In this document: positions 49,661 to 60,500 of the stretch, piece by piece
Layout: each line of letters opens with the position of its first letter
Numbering within the stretch: the first letter of the stretch is position 1
Assembly: GCA_002269645.1 (NCBI GenBank)
Contig: NIVC01000665.1
Span: 124,001-188,000, forward strand
Source of the DNA: Macrostomum lignano
Lineage: Eukaryota
Reading direction: 5' to 3'
Length of the DNA: 64,000 nt
The notes under the pieces: model-generated
What the model was told of the DNA's origin: nothing
What the model saw: the letters and a program-made list of their open reading frames with translations, nothing else
Databases searched by the model: none
Program-made: the position numbers and the translations under genes

Positions 49661-50611
49661 TTAATTGTGCTGACTAGCGAACTCAAGAAACAATTCGTAC
49701 AGGAAGATATTCTCTTCTAGGAGAAGCTCCCCAGCGCGAAGAGCGGTGCGGCTTCGCTTCAGGGTCTCCAGCTGCTCCCGTTCCGGCGGCGTCAGTAGCT
49801 GAGCAGCCTGAGCTCGTTGCTCGCTCAGCTCGGCCGATGCGTCCGAGTTCCCGGCCGAATCGGCGGCCGAGATTTGAGCATCGAGATTTTTTAACAGCTC
49901 TTTGACGCGCTGCCGCTTGTCCAGCAGGCGCCGGTTGGTGGCCACCTCGGCAAGGCGGCGGGTGAGCAGCCGGTCCTGAGCAGTGAGGGGCGGTTGAGAA
50001 GGGGCGACTCTTTGTGCCGAATTGAGTAGCTTAAAGTGAGAATCTTTGAGAGACTGAGTAGCTTGAAGTGAGATTCTTTGAGAGACTGAGTAGCTTAAAG
50101 TGAGAATCTTTGAGAGACTGATTAGCTTAAAGTGAGATTCTTTAAGAGACTGAGCAGCTTAAAGGGAGATTCATTGAGAGATTGAGTAGCTTAAAGTGAG
50201 ATTCTTTGAGAGATTGAGTAGCTTAAAGTGAGATTCTTTGAGAGACTGAGTAGCTTAAAGTGAGATTATTTAAGAGACTGAGAAGCTTAAAGTGAGATTC
50301 CTTGAGAGATTGAGTAGCTTAAAGTGAGATTCTGTGAGAGATTGAGTAGCTTAAAGTGAGATTCTTTGAGAGACTGAGTAGCTTAAAGTGAGATTATTTA
50401 AGAGACTGAGAAGCTTAAAGTGAGATTCCTTGAGAGATTGAGTAGCTTAAAGTGAGATTCTGTGAGAGATTGAGTAGCTTAAAGTGAGATTCTTTGAGAG
50501 ACTGAGTAGCTTAAAGTGAGATTCTTTGAGGGACTGAGTAGCTTAAAGTGAGATTCTTTGATACATTGAATATGTTGTGAATTCGTAACTCAATGTATTT
50601 GCCCTTACTGT

Positions 50612-50699
<88 letters not shown>

Positions 50700-51223
50700 C
50701 CTCTGCCTAAATTAAAACGATTTTAAGTATTTCGGCTTGGCCTAGGTGACATCATACAAGCCCGTTACCTGATAAGTGTGCATGTTGAGCAGCAGTTTCC
50801 TGGTTGTCTGCTCTAAATTAACGTGAAACAAATAGTAGGCGGTGTTTGGCCGGGGGTTCATGAAGTCGGCGGCCCGGCTGAGCTCGGCGCAGTGGACGAA
50901 GCCATCAACCAGCAGGCGGTAGAGCAGCTCCTTGCAGTCGCGGCCGCCGATCAGGACGTGCGACTCCAGCTCTGCCTGGGTGAGATTCGGCTCCTCGGAC
51001 AGCGCATTGAACACTCGGACGGCCTTGTCGCCGAGGCGTTGGCGAATCACCGCGGCTACGGACTGGCGAGTGAGGCTGAAAATGGCGCGCCTGAACAGAA
51101 TGCGGAACTGGCCGCCCGCTGCGCCCGACTGCCGCTCAATGAAGCCGTCTTCTGCCAGGCTGGACAGGTGCTGGTCCAGCTGGGCGGGGAGGCAGGTGAA
51201 AATGTTGATAGATAATAGATAAA

Positions 51224-51272
<49 letters not shown>

Positions 51273-51283
51273 GTCAGACAGAA

Positions 51284-51318
<35 letters not shown>

Positions 51319-53527
51319 AGTCAGTCAGACAGACAGGCAGACCAACAGACAGGCACAAAACATTCTCACCCCAGATCTGGCATCGCCGGCAGCGGAGGCG
51401 GCCAACTGGGCCACAATGTCGGCATGTGCCAACACCTCGGACTCGGCGGACTGCGCGTGACCCAGCCGGACCCTCTCGTCCACAATGTCCAGCATGGCGG
51501 CAAGCACGCGGCTCGCCTGGGCGCCGAGAACGGACGCCGCGGCCCTGGTGAGGATCGAATCGCGCCAACGGAATCGGAGCTGCTGCGCGTTGGCCGAGAA
51601 TTCCTGCGCTGCCTCCTCGGGACGACGGGCGTCGGCAACTGATGTGGTCTCGGCGGCGACTCGGGGGCGCTTGGCAGGCGGTTCCTGTTGTGGGGGACCG
51701 GGATTTGCACCGGGACTGTTACTGGATTCTCACCTGGCATCTCTCTCTCCTTTGGCATTTCTCTCACCTGTCATCTCTCTCTCACCTGTCATCTCTCTCT
51801 CTCCTGTCATTTTTCTCTCACCTGGCATCTCTCTCACCTGGCATCTCTCTCTCCTGTTATATCTCTCTCTCCTGTTATCTCTCTCACCTGTCATCTCTCT
51901 CATTTAGCATCTCTCTCACCTGGCACCTCTCTCTCTTACCTGGCATCTCTCTCACCTGTCATCTCTCTCACTTGGCATCTCTCTCTCCTGGCATGTCTCT
52001 CACCTGGCATCTCTCTCACCTGGCATCTCTCTCACCTGGCATGTCTCTCACCTGGCATGTCTCTCACCTGGCATGTCTCTCACCTGGCATGTCTCTCACC
52101 TGGCATCTCTCTCTCCTGTTATCTCTCTCACCTGGCATGTCTCTCACCTGGCATCTCTCTCACCTGTCATCTCTCTCACCTGGCATCTCTCTCTCCTGTT
52201 ATCTCTCTCTCTCCTGTTATCTCTCTCACCTGGCATCTCTCTCACTTGGCATCTCTCTCACCTGTCATCTTTCTCTCACCTGGCAACTCTCTCTCACCTG
52301 GCATCTCTCTCACCTGGCATCTCTCTCACCTGGCATCTCTCTCTCTCTCTCACCTGGCATCTCTCTCTCACACTTGGCATCTCTCTCACCTGTCATCTCT
52401 CTCATTTAGCATCTCTCTCACCTGGCACCTCTCTCTCTTACCTGGCATCTCTCTCACTTGGCATCTCTCTCTAGTCTCTCACCTGGCATCCCTTTTTCAC
52501 CTTGAATCTCATTCCCATTTGCCATTGATCCATACATCAATGTTTTCCATCTTTTTCCCCTTTGGCATCATACATGCGCAACAGTTGGCCGAGTCGGCCG
52601 ATCTGGCCGACTGATTTGATAGCCAACCAAGATAAGTCGCAAAAATGCCCACCCAAATAGATACCCAAGTAGTACTAAGTAGATGATGAAGCATTTTGCC
52701 TTAATAAGACAGTCATAGTTACTCCTGCCGTTTACCCAAAGTTGCATTAATTTTGCTTTAGGGTTTCTTTTACATGTAAGTCGCATTTTTGGCCAACAAC
52801 TACGTCACATTTTTGTTAAAACTAAGTTGAACGGCTGACTGAATTTTGGAGGTTGCGATTGTATGTTTGGCATCCCACTGTCAACAATCCAATCCTACAG
52901 GGCCAACAAAAACAGTTTTTTAAATTGATTTTCCGCACACACCAGCGACTCGTCGGACAGTTTAACAGCCGGCCCCAGCGACTCTCGAATATGTCGAAGA
53001 GCGGCCTCTCGCTCAGCCCGACTCAACGGGGCGAACGGCTTTTCAACGCGATAAATCTTGCTGCTGCCAATGACGTCATCATCTTCGAACTCGTCGTCGT
53101 CTTCGAGACGGCCGCCGCTGCCACATCCGCTGTTGTCAGCAACTGGCAGCGGGGGGACAACGGAGCCGCGGCGTTGAATAAATCGCAGCTCCAACAGGCT
53201 GGCGAAGGCGTTCAATGCGCGCAGTCCGGGATCCACGGCGGCTGGTGCCGCTGCGGCGCTAGAGGAAGTTTCATCCTCCTCCTCGGCAAGTCGCTTAGCA
53301 ACGGTTGCTAGGCAGGCTAGGAGGCCCAGCCGGCCAGAGTACAGCAGCTCCTCGATGACCAGCTCGGCAGCGTGGCCCAGCTGAGTTCGAGTCAGGCAGA
53401 GAAAAGCTGGAGCTCGATTCAGCACTCGAACTTGCGCCCAGTTGATCGAATATTCAATGGCTGAGTCTTTGCGTCGACTCAAAACTAGCAGGTCGTGCGT
53501 GAGCAGCAGAGTCAGGCACTGTTGCAC
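49661..53527 (-). CDS. POLR3C: RNA polymerase III subunit RPC3/RPC62 (supported exons)
   Basis: Exons 53527-52943, 51684-51370, 51179-50769, 49975-49661. Motifs AELVIEELLYSG, EPPAKRPR, LDQHL, CKELLYRLL, YYLFHVN, NRRLLDKRQRV, LTPPEREQLETLKR. Confidence 0.9.
50022..50560. repeat. 32-bp minisatellite (GAGTAGCTTAAAGTGAGATTCTTTGAGAGACT), POLR3C last intron
   Basis: Read directly. Confidence 0.95.
50604..50700. repeat. (TC)n microsatellite
   Basis: Read directly. Confidence 0.97.
51222..51350. repeat. (GACA)n microsatellite, POLR3C intron
   Basis: Read directly. Confidence 0.95.
51728..52490. repeat. ~16-bp minisatellite (CTCTCACCTGGCATCT), POLR3C intron
   Basis: Read directly; the sense strand reads AGATGCCAGGTGAGAG. 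Confidence 0.95.
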
Positions 53528-55574
53528 CTGGTTAAATATTTGTTTGAGTGGATTGAGGCTAAGCTAACGATCAGTATATACCTGTATGATAGATTACCAC
53601 TGTAACCAAAATTTTCCCATATCCATATTCATGACTAATCAGTTTCCTATTACTTGCCTTTACTTTATTATCATTCTCTACATAGCACCCAATGTGGGGC
53701 TATATTTCACTATAATATAGTAAGGAAATATAGAATAATAGCAATAGCTTAATCTATCACTCATTAATTGTCTCATTCATTTATTTGTGCAAGAAAATGG
53801 ATGGGACTGCACTGCATTCATCTTGACTTTAGCCACCACCAATTACACAATGTGCACATGGCATAAAAATCTTTGTTGCTTGAAACTGGTTCCAATAGAT
53901 CTATAAGTCTTAGCTATTGAATTGAATGGCTAATATTATTAGACATAGGAATTGTGTTCCTATAAACATATCCATATTTATATATTCTACCTAAAAGATT
54001 AGTTAAGAATAAAAAAACAGTTTGTTATATTGGTTTGACACTTTATAATGACATTTTTTAATTTTCAAATAGGTTTTTTTATAAAAAATGATGTTATATA
54101 TTTATGTTAACATCAAAAGACATTAAAAGGATACAAATATAAGATAACAAAAGATATTGTCATCCTAATAAAACCTAGCTAGAATCTCTAGATATTTTTT
54201 TTAAAGTTTTTCTCTATGAAATAGTAATTTTTCAGTTTCTACTAGTTTATATTAGCTTTTTATTGTGTACTATGTGTATTATGTGTACTTTTAGATATTT
54301 GTATACATATTTCTTAATGCTTTTTAAAGTTAGGCCTATGTATTTACAAAAAACCAAGTTTTATTGAAATTTGCCTTTTTGCATACATATGATAATGCCA
54401 ATGCCAGCAATGATAAGTCATGGGATCCTTGTTAAAACCTTATTGAAATTTTTAATCAAAATGATATAAATAGTTATGAAAGAATAATTTTTTTTAACTT
54501 TTAAGAAATCTTGTAAATAGATATCTCAATATGAAATTGTGGCAATCTTTTAGTGTGTTTTGTGATATTATTTTTGAGTTTGAAATGCTGCGTCAAGGTA
54601 GTAAAATAGCAGAAAAAGATAGGATATAAAATAGAGTCTAATGAGTAACAGTAACACTTAAGGGGCAGAAAACAGAGTTACAGAGGATAATAATGTGCTA
54701 CCCAATATAGCATAGCACCAAATGCTATGCCAGGGTATAGGTGGCACCACAAAAACTGTAAGACTGTGTTTGCCAAGAGGTGGTACTTGGCTAGCCCCCT
54801 ATTAGAATAAGTTTCAAAAACCCGCAGACACGCGACACGGGTACCAAAATTATGCCCTCAAAAGCACAATGCGACACCAAATTTTGTTGACTGGGGGGAA
54901 GGGGGGATGACGTGGCAACGCGGCGACATAACACCACCCGCTGAAGACTCCACCACAACGCGACACTGAAAATTTTTATAATGCGACGGACATGTATCCG
55001 TGATTTGTCAGCTTATTCCAATAGGAGACTAGCCAGTTAATAGTCGAGCAGGTATCCCATGTTGCCTTGTACATATCACACAGAAGAAAGGCCTAGATTG
55101 TTAGAATGTTAGATTCAGCAGTTCTGCATCTTGTTTGGTGGCACAATAAAATTTGGTACTGCTGGTCGACCAGCCATGTTAAAGAAATTTGTGTAAATAT
55201 GAGAGCAAGAGTCTAAGTGAAGTCAGTTAAATTAGAATGTCTTTAACAATACTATTTTGCATCTCTTTTGGCCATAGACATCATTTTCTAGCATGTTATT
55301 ACGTTGCAGCACTAATTCAAACTCAAAAATAATATTGCGAAACAAACTGGAAGATTGCCAAAAATTTCTTAATTGAAATAATATTTCAATTTTCTAAGAT
55401 TTTTAAGCCCCTAGGCATACTTTACAAGACTCAGTTTAGCTTAATAGTGCATTAAAAATAGGCCTGACAATAATAAAAAATTAAAAAGCTATTTCATTTG
55501 ATTATAACTAGGCCTAGATAGGCCTATGTACAAATTTATAATAAATATATATATAATTTAAAATACTAGCTTAC

Positions 55575-55847
55575 CATTTGTAAAACTTGATTGTTTGTGC
55601 TCATAGTTTCAAATGCAAGAGATGGGATACTTTTTTCAAAGTATTTTAAAATTTTTAAAGATGATGAATGTGCAAGATTTTCTGCTGGGAAAAATGAGAC
55701 TTTGCCACTTGGTAGCCTAAACTGCTGCATAATCATTTGTAGTGTTGATTTGCTATTTTTGCTAATGTAGAGAAAGACTGCAGCAGTTTCAGGGCTAAAG
55801 TGGACCCTTAAAAACGAGGTAATTTGATCAACAGCACTAACTGCCAT
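55575..55847 (-). CDS. POLR3C: Candidate first exon of POLR3C
   Basis: MAVSAVDQITSFLRVHFSPETAAVF...STLQMIMQQFRLP resembles the RPC3 N-terminal helices. Phase-0 donor either at 55700 (GTCTCA, weak) or 55574 (GTAAGC). Atypically AT-rich. Confidence 0.45.
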
Positions 55848-57536
55848 AGTTATTTTTTGCTAGGGCCTATCCTAAATCCCAATTCTAGGCCTACACCAAT
55901 TTATTTATGACTATGGTAGGGCCTAGCTTAACTCGCTTAATATAATTTTTTAATTTCCAATAAGTCTAAGTCCTACATAATGTATTTGATGTATTCTTAA
56001 ATCCTAACCTAACACTTTGTACATTTGTATTATATTATGACTAATGTTATATGCAAATTTAATAAACGAGCAATCACTCATTAAAAACGATTACATGACC
56101 ACAACTCCTACTCATTTTTTACTTGACGGAACTAATATTCGACAGAGCAACATGTCAAGCCGTTTTGTTGGTTTTAAGTCTCGTTTATTTTGCTAAAGTT
56201 GTTAAACCAAAAAATACGAATTACTTTTGAAAGTCATTTACATTTTTTACTATGCGTTTGCGATAAACTTTGTTTAAACGGACTGTTGTTTACAAAGGAT
56301 GCAGGCAACAACGTCTAAAATTCAACATGAAAAATTTGTTCACTTTGTTCACACCAGCTAACTGTGCAGAGCGGCTGTTCTCGAAGCAAATTATGAATTC
56401 GAAAAATAACTAAAGGTAAGAAAAAATAAATATAAAAATTCATTTTAGGGAAATCTCTGGGTGGAATCGCCATGGCGCTTACTATTACATGTTTTAGAAC
56501 GGCATTTAAGTACAATTTGGAATCCATACTTTAGAGGCGCTAACTCTTCAAAAATGTTTTTTTATTCCCGGAGCTCGGAATAGTAATAGGTCTTAATTAC
56601 TATATAGCTTAAGTTTGACTTTCCAAGTTTCCATTAAGTTTCATTTCTGCGACCTCATGCAGCCATGTTCATATAATATTTCATGGCTATTAAAACATTC
56701 CAGGTTGCCAGAAACTCCAGAATTCATAAGATCGATTTGATATGGATAATCATCCAATGTATGTTTCTCTTTCTTGAACAACGAATATTTATTAAAAATT
56801 ATGTAACCTTTGCTTTGTAGTTACACGCCTTTTATTTATTTATCTTGTTTTTGTATCCGTACTGCGAGCTATCTTATTTTCTCTCACAGGAACTGCTTCA
56901 ATGCAAAACAAAATCATAATAAAATTCGACTTGTACAAGTCAAATTGATCTGAAGCAGTTTCAGTTGCAGCTCTGATTATTTTATTCACTAGACCAGCCA
57001 CGGTACATTAATTATTTATTATTTAATGTCGTGTTACAAACTATACAAAACACCTGCTTGATGCACATTAATCACAACCCCAAAGATCTATCTAAATTGC
57101 GCGCTATCTACTAACAAGCAGTCATCGATGCTATTGATTGGATTGATTTTCTATGATTATTTTTACTCGTTTGTACAGAATATCGATTGAAATCTTAATT
57201 GATTCACTTTAAATTTTTATTGCACAAGCAAATTCGAATTTATCTTTCTATTGGTATTTTGACGAGAAGTCCGGTTTGAGTAGCTTAAATTGTTTACGTA
57301 AAAATGATTCTCACATATTAAATTGATAAAATAAAGAGGGAAACGAACAGAAATGCAGGTGCCGAGTGCAGATGCAGATAACAGTTTAGCTAGCTCGCAG
57401 CAAATCGAGGAGAAAACACTGGCAAAGTCAAAAGAATAGCTAAGGGAAGAGCACAGCTCAGGTTAGAGGAGCAGTACTCAGCTAAAACTGGAAGGACTGC
57501 ATAAAATAGTTTTAAAAAACCACTGCATGAAATATT

Positions 57537-60500
57537 TTGCCCTCCATTCCGAGCAGCACCCTGCTGGAGCGGAACGGCAGTTTCTACCCATCAGTGGAGC
57601 CCAGCTGGTCGCAGCAAGCAGCAGCAGCAGCCGGCAGAGACCTGGATTATTCACCGTACGCCAGGGCCGCTCCGGCGGCCGCCGCTCGTGTGGACGAATT
57701 CGACCTGATCCGGGCGAGTCACGTGCTCACAAGGCCGCCACCGGCTCCGGGTGGGCTGCACCAGCACCGCGGCATGATGATTAGCCGGCCGCGGTCGCCA
57801 GCGGTCTCGTTGGGCAGCCTGCAGCAGCAGCAGCAGGTGAACCGGAGAAGCGGTTCGGCACCGTCGCTGAAACGGAAAGCGCCGCCGCCGTATGCAGGTG
57901 AGGCTCGAGTCAATAACTGATTGGCCTGTCTGGCAAATTTCATCTCCACCTGAGCTGGCTCATCTCAGCTCATGGGATTTTGCATCGGTATCGATAAGTC
58001 TCTTAGTGATTGAGAGGCATGGCGGGCAGTGGACGCTTGTGGCAAAGGCTCTGGACCAGTTCAGGGGTCCAGAGGGCAAGATGCTCACGGGTTCGTAGAT
58101 CTCATCCAAAGCCCGAGATGATGCAGCTTATTCTTGTTAAAGGCTGGGCATTGGCAGACAAAATGCTGGGAATTTTTATTGTCTAGGCCGCAGAAGGGGT
58201 CAAGTTCGCTAATGAGGTTTGCACAGAGGAGGTATCACTAAGCCACTGAAAAGCAAAGGACAAATGAGTCACTCTGTCTCACTCTGCTCCATTCTGGTAA
58301 AATGAAAATTATAGCGAATGTTATCCATCTTTATCGAATGCCCTGCATCGAAGTGCGCCAGTCTTCAAAATGTTTTTTTGGGAAACGCGGCACAGATTAA
58401 AAAAAAACGCATCCAATTATTTTTCGGCTATCCGCAGAGCGAGTGTCCACAAACCCGCGCATTGACGCGGGCTTCGGCCCCGACCCCAAGGCAGCCTCCC
58501 CCCTGGCCGGCTACTCCGCCCTGTGCGATCCCCATCTGGTGGAATACTTCGATCGTAAATTTGCTAGCGCAGCCGGTGGCGCCGTGCAGGTGTGCTCGAC
58601 TAAGCGCGAGTTCGGTCGACACGGCGAAGCTGAGCATATTGGCCTGCGGCCGAGATCCAGGTGAGAATGGTTGGACCAATTCCTTAACTTTGATCCATAG
58701 TACGCTCGGATTCAGGTGTGTGCAGGGGACCGTTTGTACAGTGCTGAGACTGTGGAGGGTCGCAACTTGCATCCTGTAGCAGTGTCAACTAAGCTGAGCT
58801 GGCTTAACTTTCCACTCACTCACTCACGATGGCTGCAGTTGGCTAGTGACCCATTCTGAGTACTACACGATTCAGGATCTCAATTCTCAACTGAATCCAG
58901 TTCTAGATGCTGTGTCAAAATTTCTGGCTTAGGTCTGCTTACCAAAAATAATCAAGCTCAGTAAACAGCGTCTCTTGGTTGTTCTTTAACCATCGAACAA
59001 CTTTCGATGCGACAGCCAGCACCGCTGTACACCATGTGCTAGTGTGCCTTCCAATGTGTCTGTTAGCGTGATCAGGGGTCAGCAGAATGACTGCGTGCCT
59101 CCTTGCTGGCTGTGAGTCAGCTTGACCATCTAACAAACCAACCATAAAACTGCCACCCGCATGCAGATCGGAGGCGCTGATCCGTCGCGATTTCACCTAC
59201 AAGGTGTCCGTCACCACCAGCGACGCCAATGGTTCCGGCACGGACGCGCCCGTCTACTTCGCCATGCGCGGCACCCTGGGCCTGATGCCGCGGCGTCGGC
59301 TGGCCAAGAAGACTTCAACAGCCAAGCGGGCCCGATTTCGATTCAGTCGAGGCTCGACTCAGACGTTCCGATTTAACCTGCCAGATCTGGGCGATCTGGA
59401 GTCCGTGTCTATCGAGGTAGCTTTTCCTAGCATCCTACCGCACTATTAGTGCGGTGCAAAATACTACTTAATGAGCAGCTTACATTGTACGTCTAAAGGG
59501 GTTGCTGGCTCCCGCTATTTGTTTGAAAGGCGGTGAGGCCGTAGTCAGAAGGGCGGTAGTCAGTCCAGATCACGTTCAGTATACCTAACTACAAGCGTAA
59601 ACCTAACTAATGAGGTTCTGTTGTTTTCGCAACGCACTGGCTATAAAGCTGACCAATTATTAGTCACTATGCGTGTACGCTCATAGATAGTCATAAAAAG
59701 CATTAAAAGTCGTCGAGCTAATACAGTAGAAGCAAGGATACAATATCAAGGTAGAAGCTAGGTGCATGGTACAGCATTCGCAGTGCATTCGCAGTGCATT
59801 GGCATCAAGATAACGAATTAATTCTCTCAATTTGACTCGCCAGCACACCGGCATTGAGGAGCGGGACAGCTGGCTGCTGCAGAGCATCGAGGTCACCAAC
59901 CTGCAGACAAAACGCAGCTGGATGTTCCTCAACAACCACTGGCTCTCGCTCTACAAAGAGGACGGTCAAACTTGTCGGGAACTATTTGCTGTGCGCTGCA
60001 CGAAGACCAGCTACGAGGTGGTGGTGGTCACCGGGGACCAGGAGGGCGCAGGCACGGACTCGCAAGCCTTCATCACAATCTACGGTCGGACGGGCATCAC
60101 CAGGAAGCTGGCCCTGAAGACGCCAGACAACGAGAATCCGGTGTTCCGTCGCAACTCAACGCAACGCTTCGTCCTGAATGCTCCCTGCGTTGGTCCACTG
60201 AAGAAAATCCGCGTCCAGCACGACGAGTCCGGCCGGTCCACAGACTGGTTCCTCGACCGCGTGGTCGTGTCCGACCTGAAGCACCCCAAGTGGAAGTATC
60301 ATTTCGCCTGCGGCCAGTGGCTGTCAAGACGTCACGGCGACGGCCAAGTGGTCCGCGAACTCGCTGGCGGCAAGGACCCGACGTCGGTGCCGAAGGCTAC
60401 CACCTTCCGGGTGACGGCTTTCACGGCCAACAAGCCGGGCGCGGGGACGGATGCCGACGTCTTCATCAAGCTGTTTGGCGAGTCCGGAGTGTCGAACGAC

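Noticed and set aside
52500-52790. Extra POLR3C exon (ORFs 52509-52694, 52568-52786)
   Set aside because: 52943 splices in phase directly to 51684 and restores EPPAKRPR homology; these ORFs show no RPC3 similarity.
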